Of a DNA stretch of 64,000 bases, positions 46,655 to 56,130 are shown in pieces. The position numbers and the translations under genes are program-made. The notes beneath the pieces were generated by a model that searched no databases, was not told the origin of the DNA, and was given only the letters and a program-made list of their open reading frames with translations. Numbering within the stretch: position 1 is the first letter of the stretch; each line of letters begins with the position of its first letter. This stretch comes from an uncultured archaeon (lineage in GTDB: Archaea > Altiarchaeota > Altiarchaeia > IMC4 > QMZM01): the NCBI GenBank assembly GCA_964549685.1, contig CAZJVE010000004.1:20687-84686 (forward strand). The letters are read 5' to 3'.

Positions 46655-47001
46655 AGAGAAACGCAATGATTCTTGCCCTGCTTGCTCTAATCCTTGTTAT
46701 TGTTGCCGCATATTTCCTGTCCACCGGCCAGGACGACTGGTGCCCCACGCGGATTGAGGACAAGGAAATTCGCGGAGAGATGCGGGAGGCGTGCCTCTCC
46801 GAATCCACCTACGACACGGGCGAACCAAGGCTAAGGTCCTGGGAGACCCAGGACAGGGACTATATATACCAGGAATTCTATAAGAGAAATACCCTTCAGT
46901 ATTCAATAACCTACTGGACCGAGGACAACAAGAGATGTCAGGAAATCAAGCGAATCAACAACGAGTTCGTTCCTGAAGGGATAGAATGCACGGAAATCTA
47001 A
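46651..47001 (+). CDS. Hypothetical membrane-anchored protein
   Basis: N-terminal TM, 4 Cys, translationally coupled on both sides. Confidence 0.65.
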   Translation: MKRNAMILALLALILVIVAAYFLSTGQDDWCPTRIEDKEIRGEMREACLSESTYDTGEPRLRSWETQDRDYIYQEFYKRNTLQYSITYWTEDNKRCQEIKRINNEFVPEGIECTEI

Positions 47002-47002
47002 G

Positions 47003-48220
47003 ATGGATGCAGTAGTCATGGCAGCCGGGGAAGGAACACGACTGAGGCCCCTCACATCAACGAGGCCCAAGCCGATGCTTCCAGTCGCAGGCAAACCAAT
47101 CCTTGAATGGAATCTTGAGGCACTGGCCGGGAACGGGTTCAAGAACGCCCTCCTCATTGTCGGCTACAAGAAGGAAACCATCACCGACCACTTTGGGAAG
47201 AGATTCAACGGCATCAAGCTGAAGTACGTTGAACAGAAGGAGCAGCTCGGAACGGCCCATGCAATCTCCATGGCCGAGGGTAAAGTAGGCGATGAATTTC
47301 TTGCCATGAACGGCGATTTGATTCTCCCCAAGAAACTGATATCGGACTTCCTCTCCCGCACCCGGAAGGTAAAGGCCGTTAACAGCATCTGCCTTACACG
47401 GGTGGACAACCCCTCGCAATTCGGCATAGTGAATCTTAAGGGGAACACCGTCAGTGGCATAGTAGAAAAACCAAAGAAATCTACCAGCAACCTGGCCAAT
47501 GCAGGAATCTACTCCTTCAGCTCCGAGATATTCGACGCGATAAGGGGCATTGAAAAGTCAACCCGACTCGAATACGAGATTCCCGACGCACTCAAACTCC
47601 TCATAAAGGAAAAGAAGGTCCACGGCTTCGAGTGCAAAGGCCATTGCATAGACATCGGCAGGCCATGGGACCTCCTTGATGCGAACGAGATACTGCTGAA
47701 GAATATGGAACTCAAGCCAGAGAAGGCGGAGGTCGAGAAGTTCGCCGTAATCAAGGGCCCGGTCAGGATAGGCAAGGGCACAGTGATAAAATCCGGCTCA
47801 TACATAGAGGGCCCCTGCTGGATTGGGGAGAACTGCACGATAGGGCCCAGCTGCTACATAAGGCCCCATTCCTCAATCGGCAACAACGCCCACATAGGCA
47901 ATGCAGTGGAAATCAAGAATTCCATCGTGATGGACGGCACGAACATAGGCCACCTCTCATATGTCGGGGATTCAATAATCGGCGAGAGCTGCAACTTCGG
48001 GGCAGGAACGAAGGTTGCAAACCTCAGAGTTGATAATGAGGAGGTCAGGATAGAGATAAAGAACGAGCTGACAGCATCTGGAAGGAGAAAATTCGGGTGT
48101 CTCATGGGCGATGGAGTCAGGACCGGCATAAACGTCTCGATAATGCCCGGCAGGGCCATCTACCCCCACGCAAGCGTGTCCGCAGGGAGCATTGTGCGGA
48201 ATACCATCTATACTGACTAA
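47003..48220 (+). CDS. glmU: Bifunctional sugar-1-phosphate nucleotidylyltransferase/acetyltransferase
   Basis: AAGEGTRLRPLT..RPKPML, QKEQLGTAHA, hexapeptide LbH repeats, HLSYVGDS. Confidence 0.9.
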   Translation: MDAVVMAAGEGTRLRPLTSTRPKPMLPVAGKPILEWNLEALAGNGFKNALLIVGYKKETITDHFGKRFNGIKLKYVEQKEQLGTAHAISMAEGKVGDEFLAMNGDLILPKKLISDFLSRTRKVKAVNSICLTRVDNPSQFGIVNLKGNTVSGIVEKPKKSTSNLANAGIYSFSSEIFDAIRGIEKSTRLEYEIPDALKLLIKEKKVHGFECKGHCIDIGRPWDLLDANEILLKNMELKPEKAEVEKFAVIKGPVRIGKGTVIKSGSYIEGPCWIGENCTIGPSCYIRPHSSIGNNAHIGNAVEIKNSIVMDGTNIGHLSYVGDSIIGESCNFGAGTKVANLRVDNEEVRIEIKNELTASGRRKFGCLMGDGVRTGINVSIMPGRAIYPHASVSAGSIVRNTIYTD

Positions 48221-48251
48221 ATATAAGCTCCTAATCCCCTTATTATTACTA

Positions 48252-48740
48252 ATGAAATCAAAAACACTCCATTTTTTGATAATATCGCTCTTATTCTTAT
48301 TCATCGTTCAATCGGCTTCGGCAGAAGACACATTGAAACCCGCGCTGGAGCAGCTCTATAACGCAATACAGCAGATTGTAGATAAGATACAGGAGATTGT
48401 CTACGGCTTCTTCCCTGGCCTCGAGGCTTCTATTGAGGGGATAAAGGCAATCTTCCTCGAATCGCCGGTACTTGAATGGTTCCCCTCAATCCAGGATTAC
48501 TTCTGGCTGTTCTATGTCGCCGCCTTCTTTGTGATAATAGCAATCCTCGCAAAGGTATGGAGCATGTCAAAGAACTTCATAATAAACTCGGTGGTCGGCA
48601 TAATAATCCTGCTCATACTCATCCATTATTTCGATGTCGATATTCAGGTTACTATTCTAAAGCTAGCCATCATAGCGATTTTCGGAGTCCCGGGGGTTCT
48701 CTTCGTGCTTATCGCGCACTACTTGGGAATCCCCCTCTGA
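48252..48740 (+). CDS. Membrane protein with a BofA-like C-terminal domain
   Basis: Signal-like N-terminus; FIINSVVGIIIL...AIFGVPGV. Confidence 0.7.
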   Translation: MKSKTLHFLIISLLFLFIVQSASAEDTLKPALEQLYNAIQQIVDKIQEIVYGFFPGLEASIEGIKAIFLESPVLEWFPSIQDYFWLFYVAAFFVIIAILAKVWSMSKNFIINSVVGIIILLILIHYFDVDIQVTILKLAIIAIFGVPGVLFVLIAHYLGIPL

Positions 48741-50996
48741 CTGCGCCACCTTAGGCCTCCTCTCTGGCCTCACCGTCCCTGAATCACCCTGCGACTGCTT
48801 TCTCACCTCAGGGGGCCTGGAAGTCCTCCCTGACCTCACCGCCCCGGAACCCGCCTCCGACAGCTTTGTCTTTCCTACCACCCGGGAATCCCCCCCTGAC
48901 TGCTTCCTCATCCTCAGAAATACCAGAATAATTGCAATAATAAATACTGCCGCTATGGCATAATTCACGTAATCCATGTACCAGTTCCTTTTCTCGCCTA
49001 TACCTGTGAAAATGGAATCGCATTTTTCAATGCCGTTATTATCACCCAGCCCCACATACAAATCCCTGGCCTCCTTTGCATACTCCTCCGCTTTGTCATA
49101 GTCCCCCCCGTCGTAGGATTCCTTTGCCTTCCGGTAGGACTCATCCGCACGCATGTACCTGTCGGAGGAATCAATAAGCCTCTCACATACCTTGACCATT
49201 CCCTCATCTTCAATCTCCAGGTAAATCTCCTTTGCATCCTCCGCGTACTGGCTGGAATTCTCGTACTCTCCCGCCTCGAAATGTTCCATTGCCTTATCGT
49301 ACATTGACGTTGCATCCATACGCTTCCCGCTTTTATGGATGATGGAGTCGCATTCGTCTACTTTGTCCTGGTCGTTGATTTTCAGGTAAATCTCCTTCGC
49401 CTTTTCTGCATAAGACATCGCGTCCTCGTAATTCTCCATGTCGTAGCTAACCTTCGCATCTATCAGATACTTATCAGCTGCTTTAATCTCACCCTCCATC
49501 ATCTCGTCCCATCTATTACCGATGTTAGCGAGCAGGAGGTCGCAGTCCATAACTCCTCTAATAAGTCCCAGCTCATCGTATATCTCCCTTGCACTCTCGG
49601 CATAATAGGTCGCATTGCTGAGCATGTCCTCCATGTATAATTCCTGGGCTTTACTGAAATACTCCTCCGCCAGGCCCTTCCTGTCCCCCAAAGTCCCATT
49701 CTCCCCCCAGAGGAGAAGCTTGTCGCACTTTATAACTCCTTCAGTATCTCCAAGCCTGATGAATATCTCCTTGGCAAGGGTCGCATATTCTATCAGCTCA
49801 TCAAGGCCCCTGCTCGTGTAGTATTCAAGAGCCAGCTCATAGTAACCGTTCGCCTTTTCGTCATCCACGTAATCCGGGTTTATCCTGAACGAATAGAGGG
49901 CCTTGTTGGTTCCCACGAGGAGAGTTTTTTCACTTTCCCCCTGCATTACGTAAAGGGACTGCATGCTCTCACCCAGGCCGTATTCCCATTCCTCCATGAG
50001 ATTATCCATGCTGTAATTCCAGTCCTGCCACAGGTCGCTGTTAATTGCGTAGATGTTCCTGTCCTTGGATGCAGTAATTATCTCTGCCTTGCCGTTCTCG
50101 TCAAAATCAGCTATAGCTATTCCTGCAGTCACTCCTGCAAGGCTGAACCTGCTCTTCAGATTCCCCACCGAATCCAGGACGTATATCTCATCGTCCTCGG
50201 AGACCCCGACCACCTCATTGCCGATATTTCCATCAAGGTCTGCCGCATAGACGCCCCATATCCTCCCGTCCGTTGCATAATCCCAAATCGGCCCCCCGGA
50301 CGAATCAACTACTGATATGGAGCGGAACGTTCCTGCCAGAATATCGGTCAGGCCGTCCCTGTTTATATCGACCGGCATTATGTCCCAGACAGCACCCTCC
50401 AGGTCGCTCGTCCACTCCACTGACCCATTGGTGGTAAATCTATAGATTGCAGCGTCCTCCAGGTTGGCGGCAAGAATCCCCCCATCCAGGTACTCGACGT
50501 CGTTCATCCTGCCTGCCCCCTCATGGAACCACTGCAGTTTTAATGGGTGTAGTATATCGCCGCCGACCTCCTTCGTAATCCTATCGACCCTGTAGAACTT
50601 GTGCACATTGAGCGAGCCCCAGACAAGCCAGCTCCCCACGAAGAAGTCCAGGTCCCCGTCATCATTTACATCATCGACATAGATGCCATATAATCTCTCA
50701 TCGGCTGCAGTATATGTCGTGGCAGAATAGGTGCCCCATCCCTTAATATCAGTATCTAACTCCAGACCCCCGTCGGGTTCAAGAACATTCAGACGCAGGT
50801 AATTCTCCTTGGAACCGTGTGATATGGAGGTGAAGGCGAATATTTCCTCTACTCCATCATCATCCCAGTCCAGAGAATATATCTTCTGCGTCTTGGCAGG
50901 ATACCTCCAGTTCACCAAGAGCGGAGGATATTCCTTCGCGACGGAGATTCCTGCAATCAAGATTATTGCAAGTAGGGTTATTATTCTCCTGTTCAT
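48663..50996 (-). CDS. Type I membrane protein: FG-GAP beta-propeller plus TPR-like repeats
   Basis: Signal peptide; DWDDDG, DVNDDG, DINRDG, DLDG, DFDENG motifs; TPR-like repeats; TM helix. Paralog of 33183-35177. Confidence 0.82.
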   Translation of the reverse strand: MNRRIITLLAIILIAGISVAKEYPPLLVNWRYPAKTQKIYSLDWDDDGVEEIFAFTSISHGSKENYLRLNVLEPDGGLELDTDIKGWGTYSATTYTAADERLYGIYVDDVNDDGDLDFFVGSWLVWGSLNVHKFYRVDRITKEVGGDILHPLKLQWFHEGAGRMNDVEYLDGGILAANLEDAAIYRFTTNGSVEWTSDLEGAVWDIMPVDINRDGLTDILAGTFRSISVVDSSGGPIWDYATDGRIWGVYAADLDGNIGNEVVGVSEDDEIYVLDSVGNLKSRFSLAGVTAGIAIADFDENGKAEIITASKDRNIYAINSDLWQDWNYSMDNLMEEWEYGLGESMQSLYVMQGESEKTLLVGTNKALYSFRINPDYVDDEKANGYYELALEYYTSRGLDELIEYATLAKEIFIRLGDTEGVIKCDKLLLWGENGTLGDRKGLAEEYFSKAQELYMEDMLSNATYYAESAREIYDELGLIRGVMDCDLLLANIGNRWDEMMEGEIKAADKYLIDAKVSYDMENYEDAMSYAEKAKEIYLKINDQDKVDECDSIIHKSGKRMDATSMYDKAMEHFEAGEYENSSQYAEDAKEIYLEIEDEGMVKVCERLIDSSDRYMRADESYRKAKESYDGGDYDKAEEYAKEARDLYVGLGDNNGIEKCDSIFTGIGEKRNWYMDYVNYAIAAVFIIAIILVFLRMRKQSGGDSRVVGKTKLSEAGSGAVRSGRTSRPPEVRKQSQGDSGTVRPERRPKVAQSEGDSQVVRDKHEENPRDSENRYDG

Positions 50997-51008
50997 CCTG
51001 ATTAGGGC

Positions 51009-51398
51009 TCATGAAACGGCCAGAATCTTCTTCCTGCCGAGGACGTCCATGTATTGCAATTCCTTGCCCTGCTCCAGCTTGTCCCTGAACTCATCCGGCA
51101 CATCAAGCTCAAACGTCTCATAGCTCTCCATGTCCATCAGCTGGACCGAACTGCCTATAATATTCAGCACCTGGGCGGTCTTCTTGTCAATGATTGGAAT
51201 CTCAATCTTCTGGCTGATTGGGCCCATAAGGCTCCTCTTCTGCCCGTCGAAGATTCCAACGGCATCAACCCTTGCCTTCGCTCCGCCGTGCTTGCCGGGT
51301 TTTGATTTTGTAATCTTCGTAACCTTGCATGGTTCATCATCAACCATAACGTACTTACCTTCCTTCAATTCCTTCATGTCGCCTATCTTCTTACCCAT
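51009..51398 (-). CDS. eif5a: Translation factor aIF-5A
   Basis: KSKPGKHGGAK hypusine motif, VQLMDMESYETFE. Confidence 0.97.
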   Translation of the reverse strand: MGKKIGDMKELKEGKYVMVDDEPCKVTKITKSKPGKHGGAKARVDAVGIFDGQKRSLMGPISQKIEIPIIDKKTAQVLNIIGSSVQLMDMESYETFELDVPDEFRDKLEQGKELQYMDVLGRKKILAVS

Positions 51399-51487
51399 CT
51401 TATCACCTTGATATTTAACTATTTGATTTCGCGGTAAAAAGCCCCCCAGCCGAATTTTTAGCTTCAATCCAAATACTTACTGTTAAA

Positions 51488-51943
51488 ATGAGCAGACCAT
51501 CATGGGACAGGTACTTTGCAAGGATTACAGAGGACGTCGCAGCCAGGTCCACGTGCACAAGACACAAATTCGGCGCGGTCATAACCAACGACAAGCACGA
51601 GATTGTTGCTACCGGATTCAATGGTGTAGTCAGGGGAGCGCCCCACTGCGAGGACATCGGCTGCATCAAGGACGAGAAGGGGATAGACTCCGGCATGGGC
51701 CACGGAATCTGCCCTGCAGTGCATGCAGAACAGAATGCATTAATCCAGGCCGGGCGGAATTCCCTCGGCTGCACGCTCTACATAAATGCCTATCCCTGCA
51801 AAATATGTGCAAGGATGACAGTGAACTCCGGAATCAAGAAGGTCGTGGTCTCTGGAGACTACGCCGACAAGGATGGACTGAAGATTCTCGAGGATGCGGG
51901 AATCGAGGTCATTAATTTGAATGGTGATAAAGATGAAGATTGA
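51488..51943 (+). CDS. dCMP deaminase family
   Basis: RPSWD.YF, RSTC.R, HAEQNA, PCKIC. Confidence 0.92.
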   Translation: MSRPSWDRYFARITEDVAARSTCTRHKFGAVITNDKHEIVATGFNGVVRGAPHCEDIGCIKDEKGIDSGMGHGICPAVHAEQNALIQAGRNSLGCTLYINAYPCKICARMTVNSGIKKVVVSGDYADKDGLKILEDAGIEVINLNGDKDED

Positions 51944-52424
51944 CATGCAGCTTGCGTTGAAGGACGTTCCGGGCAGCCTCTTGAGAGCGCTGGAGCCCGT
52001 ATCATCCCACGGCGGCAACATAATCAGCGTCCTTCACTCGAGGGGCAAGAAGGAGCGGGTGGAGGTAAAGGTAACGTTCAAGATAGCAGACCAGGAGTCA
52101 CTGGACCTCATCAGGAAGGAGATGGAGAAGAGGGGGATTCAGGTATCCGACATAAGGGCGGAGGGCAAGCGCTACTATTCGAAGAAAATCCTATCCTTCA
52201 TCCTGGTGGGCCATGTCATAGACACCGATGTCAGGGACACCATCGACAGAATCAATGAGGTCGGTCTCGTATCAGACATAGATGTCGTCATGCCATCCCC
52301 AGAGCAAAAATCCTCGGTGATGGTAAATGTCGAGGTTGACAACGGAAAGCTGGAGAGGCTGAATTCCGCGGTCGAGAAGGTATGTAAAGAGAAGGACCTG
52401 CTCCTAATCTCATCAATAGAATGA
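51933..52424 (+). CDS. ACT-domain regulator of homoserine dehydrogenase
   Basis: LKDVPGSL, GGNIISVLHSR, ILVGHVIDTD; coupled to hom. Confidence 0.85.
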   Translation: MKIDMQLALKDVPGSLLRALEPVSSHGGNIISVLHSRGKKERVEVKVTFKIADQESLDLIRKEMEKRGIQVSDIRAEGKRYYSKKILSFILVGHVIDTDVRDTIDRINEVGLVSDIDVVMPSPEQKSSVMVNVEVDNGKLERLNSAVEKVCKEKDLLLISSIE

Positions 52425-53404
52425 AATCCACAAGAATTGCAATCATCGGGTTCGGGGTGATTGGAAGGGGATTTGCAGAGGCACTGCTGCAAAAGAAAAA
52501 ATACCTCAAGGAGCTTGGCGTTGAACTCAATGTCATTGCAGTCTGCGAGGTCGATGGCTCCCTCGTCAATGAGAAGGGCATCGACCTCGAGAAGGCCCTG
52601 AAAGGAAAGCTCCAGAAGAACAGCGACTGGGATTCTATCAAAGCCCCCGTAGTAATCGAAAAACACAAGCCCGACATAGTCCTCGAACTCACGCCAGGAA
52701 ACGTAAAGGACGGCGAACCGGGCCTCGGGCACATAAGGAAGGCTCTGAGCAACGGAATCAGCGTTGTGACATCCAACAAGGCGCCCCTTGCTCTGCATTT
52801 CTCGGAACTCGTCTCTCTTGCCGGGAAGAACAAGGCACAGCTCAGGTTCGAGGCAACGGTCGGCGGGGCAATGCCTATCATCAACCTGTACCAAAATACC
52901 CTGAAGATTAACGAGATTCGCTCCATCTATGGAATCCTCAACGGAACGAGCAACTTTGTCCTCTCAAAGATGGACGAGGAGGCAATAGGCCTCGATGACG
53001 CCGTAAAGGAGGCGCAGGAGCTGGGTATTGCAGAGTCCGACCCCGGCTACGACATAGACGGAATCGACACGGCCGTGAAGGTTGCAATCCTTACCAACTC
53101 TCTAATGAACCGAAAGGTCTCGTTCAGGGACATAAAGGTAAAGGGCATAAGGGAGGTTACACCAGAAGCAATAGAGCTGGCAAGGAAGCACGGCTATTCT
53201 ATAAAACTGATAGGGGACGTAGGAAACCTTGAGGTATCGCCGAGGCTCGTGCCGAAGGGCGACCCCCTCGACGTATCCGGCAGCCTGAATGCAGTAATGC
53301 TCGACACAGACATAGCCAAGGACATAACGATAGTCGGCAGAGGGGCAGGAGCGATAGAAACAGCGAGTTCTCTGCTCTCTGATGTTTTGGAGATTATAGG
53401 TTAA
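52421..53404 (+). CDS. hom: Homoserine dehydrogenase
   Basis: GFGVIG, TSNKAP, EATVGGAMP, GILNGTSNF, GRGAG..ETAS. Confidence 0.95.
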   Translation: MKSTRIAIIGFGVIGRGFAEALLQKKKYLKELGVELNVIAVCEVDGSLVNEKGIDLEKALKGKLQKNSDWDSIKAPVVIEKHKPDIVLELTPGNVKDGEPGLGHIRKALSNGISVVTSNKAPLALHFSELVSLAGKNKAQLRFEATVGGAMPIINLYQNTLKINEIRSIYGILNGTSNFVLSKMDEEAIGLDDAVKEAQELGIAESDPGYDIDGIDTAVKVAILTNSLMNRKVSFRDIKVKGIREVTPEAIELARKHGYSIKLIGDVGNLEVSPRLVPKGDPLDVSGSLNAVMLDTDIAKDITIVGRGAGAIETASSLLSDVLEIIG

Positions 53405-54117
53405 TACCACCCGTATTCTTTCTTCTTATCCCTGGGCCTCGACTTCCCCCAGTCCAGCACCTCGAGCCCCTTCAGAATGACGTCGGGGTTCTTCCTGTCG
53501 CTGACCTTCTTCAGCAGCGCTGCCGGACAGACGGCAGTCCTTGCCTCCAGCTCGGTCATTCCCAGACATTTACCAAAAGCCATCAGCTCCCCCGGAGCTC
53601 TCAATCCCCACTTATCCCTGGCTCCAGAGGTGAGAACCACCGGCGTCTTATACTTCCTCGCAAGCATAACGTTCTGCCTCATCCTACCCAGAATTCTCGC
53701 CCTTGCATTGCCCGAGGAATTCAGCACCTCCGCGAAATTTATCTCTATTGCAATGCACCTCTCCTTCATGAACCTCGCCATTATATGGTCTATCCCGGAA
53801 TTCCGCTGGTGCATGAAGTCCTTGTTAGTGTTCCTTTCCGGATGCGCCAATACATCGACCTCCCAGCACTCCGCGGCCTTCCTGTTGACTGACTCATCGC
53901 CCCCATCGACCAGAATCAGGTCTGCAGAATCGAGAGCCTTCCTGGCACTCTTTCTTACGGGAGTGGATATCACTGCCCCAGTCAGCAGGTCCAGTCCCGA
54001 ACCCCCACCGCGGGCCTTTCCCGTCGAACAGACGCCGTTCCAGCCAAGAATCTGCGCAGTCTTAAGAATCTCTTCATCCCCTGCGCCAACGTTCAGGTCA
54101 TAGAATATGTGTTTCAT
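53401..54117 (-). CDS. rnp3: RNase P protein component 3 (Rpp30)
   Basis: FYDL, NRKAAE..VDVL.HPE, G.DH, AIEIN, LTSGA...LR.P. Confidence 0.88.
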   Translation of the reverse strand: MKHIFYDLNVGAGDEEILKTAQILGWNGVCSTGKARGGGSGLDLLTGAVISTPVRKSARKALDSADLILVDGGDESVNRKAAECWEVDVLAHPERNTNKDFMHQRNSGIDHIMARFMKERCIAIEINFAEVLNSSGNARARILGRMRQNVMLARKYKTPVVLTSGARDKWGLRAPGELMAFGKCLGMTELEARTAVCPAALLKKVSDRKNPDVILKGLEVLDWGKSRPRDKKKEYGWY

Positions 54118-56093
54118 TTGACCTTTGCCCCTGCCTTCACTCCCTTCTCAGGTACAAGAAGGACAGCTTTTCCGTCCATATCAGCAGCAAGCAACATCCC
54201 CTCGGATTTATGCCCCCGAATCTCGGCGGGCTCAAGGTTTACTATAACCACGACGTCCTTACCTACCAGGTCTTTCTCCTTATATTCCTCCTTAATACCT
54301 GCAACCAGCTGCCTTTCTCCAAGGCTGCCAAGGTCGACCTTCAGCAGGCAGAGCTTGTCAGCTCCCTTGATGCCATCAACCTTTTTTATCCTCCCTATCC
54401 GGAGGTCCATCCTCGCAAAATCTTCAAGCTTTACCATTTTTGGTTCCTCATCAGTCCTTAGGAATTTCTTCCCGAATTCATCAATCCTCTCATCCTCAAT
54501 CTTCCCGTACAACGGCTTGACCTTCCCTATTTTATGCCCCCCCTCTATGGGAGACTCTCCTGCAGCAGCCCACTCCTGCTTCTCGACCCTGCCCTTGAGC
54601 CCGAGCATCTTCCATATCTCCTGTGCTGAGAATGGCAGCATGGGGTGCATGATTATCGCAATGGTCCTCGCAAGATTGGCACACAGATAGAGCGTCGTTC
54701 CATTGTCATTCTTCCAGGGCTCCTTGTGCTGGAAGTATTCGTTCCCCTCAGCAGCTACTGCAAGCAGCGCATTCAGTGCCTCTTTGAACCTGAAGTTTTC
54801 CATCTCCCTTCCAACCTTCCCCGGGGCGCCCCTTATCGTCTCCAGCATCCTGCTGTCCAGCTCGTCAAACTCCGTGGGTTCTGGCACGACACCCCCGCTC
54901 TTATTCTCGATGAAAACCAAAACCCTGTTGATGAAATTCCCCAGCGTTCCAATCAACTCCGAATTTACCTTCTGCTGGAATTCTTTGAGGGAAAAGTCAC
55001 AATCGTGCTTTGCCGGGTTTATCGAGAGGAGATAGTAGCGCACCAGGTCCGGGTCGAATTCCCCGAGGATGTCATGCAGCCAGATGACCCACCCCCTGGA
55101 AGTGCTCATCTTCTGCCCCTCCAGGTTAAGGTATTCATTGCTTGATATCTGCCAGGGCAGGGTATAATCGCCGTGGGCCATCAGCATCCCTGGCCAGATT
55201 ATGGCGTGGAAGGGAATGTTATCCTTTCCTATGAAGTGCACTATTTTACAGTCCGGATTCTGCCAGTAGTCCTTCCATTTCTTGGACCATTCCATCGTCG
55301 AGGATATATAGCCTATGGGGGCGTCGAACCATACATAGAGAACCTTGCCCTTGGCGCCCTTCAATGGCACGGGGACGCCCCAGTCCAAATCCCTTGTAAT
55401 CGCCCTGTCCTTGAGCCCCTCGGAAATCCATCCCAGGGAGAAATTTCTGGCGTTATCGGGCCAGTGCTCCTGCTTTGAAATCCACCCCTTCAGTTTCGGG
55501 GAGAATTCGCTCAGCTTGAAGAACCAGTGTTCGGTCTTCTTCTGCTTGGGAGAGCCCTCGCATATCGCACAGTAGCTGTCCAGGAGCTCGTGGGGCTCAA
55601 GCTGCTTGCCGCACTTCTCGCACTGGTCGCCCCTCTCGTCCCCGCTCTTGCAATGGGGACATGTCCCCTTGACATACCTGTCTGGAAGGAATTTCTTACA
55701 CGTCGGGCAGTATGGCCTCTCGACAGTCTTATTATAGATGAACCCATTCTCCATAACCCTGGAAAAGAAGTCCTGGGAATTCTTGTAATGCAGTTCCTTC
55801 GTAGTCCTTGAGAAATTGTCAAAGGAGACGCCGAGGTCGTCGAACGCCTTCTTTATAATCTTGTAGTATTTGTCAACCACCTTCTTTGGTGTTGTTCCGT
55901 CCTGCTCTGCAGTGACTGCAATCGGAGTCCCATGCTCATCTGTCCCACAGATGAAGACAACGTCACTGCCCTTGAGCCTGTGATATCTGGTATAGACGTC
56001 GGCGGGAATATACGCGCCTATGGCATGTCCGATATGCAAGGGGCCGTTTGCATAAGGCAGCGCTGACGTTACCAGTATCCTCTCCTTATCCAT
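54114..56093 (-). CDS. metG: Methionine-tRNA ligase
   Basis: ALPYANGPLHIGH, YVWFDAPIGY, GKDNIPFH, KMSTS, C-terminal tRNA-binding OB domain. Confidence 0.97.
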   Translation of the reverse strand: MDKERILVTSALPYANGPLHIGHAIGAYIPADVYTRYHRLKGSDVVFICGTDEHGTPIAVTAEQDGTTPKKVVDKYYKIIKKAFDDLGVSFDNFSRTTKELHYKNSQDFFSRVMENGFIYNKTVERPYCPTCKKFLPDRYVKGTCPHCKSGDERGDQCEKCGKQLEPHELLDSYCAICEGSPKQKKTEHWFFKLSEFSPKLKGWISKQEHWPDNARNFSLGWISEGLKDRAITRDLDWGVPVPLKGAKGKVLYVWFDAPIGYISSTMEWSKKWKDYWQNPDCKIVHFIGKDNIPFHAIIWPGMLMAHGDYTLPWQISSNEYLNLEGQKMSTSRGWVIWLHDILGEFDPDLVRYYLLSINPAKHDCDFSLKEFQQKVNSELIGTLGNFINRVLVFIENKSGGVVPEPTEFDELDSRMLETIRGAPGKVGREMENFRFKEALNALLAVAAEGNEYFQHKEPWKNDNGTTLYLCANLARTIAIIMHPMLPFSAQEIWKMLGLKGRVEKQEWAAAGESPIEGGHKIGKVKPLYGKIEDERIDEFGKKFLRTDEEPKMVKLEDFARMDLRIGRIKKVDGIKGADKLCLLKVDLGSLGERQLVAGIKEEYKEKDLVGKDVVVIVNLEPAEIRGHKSEGMLLAADMDGKAVLLVPEKGVKAGAKVK

Positions 56094-56130
56094 AAAGAAA
56101 TATTGGGGGTGTAAGCGTATAAATTGCTTA

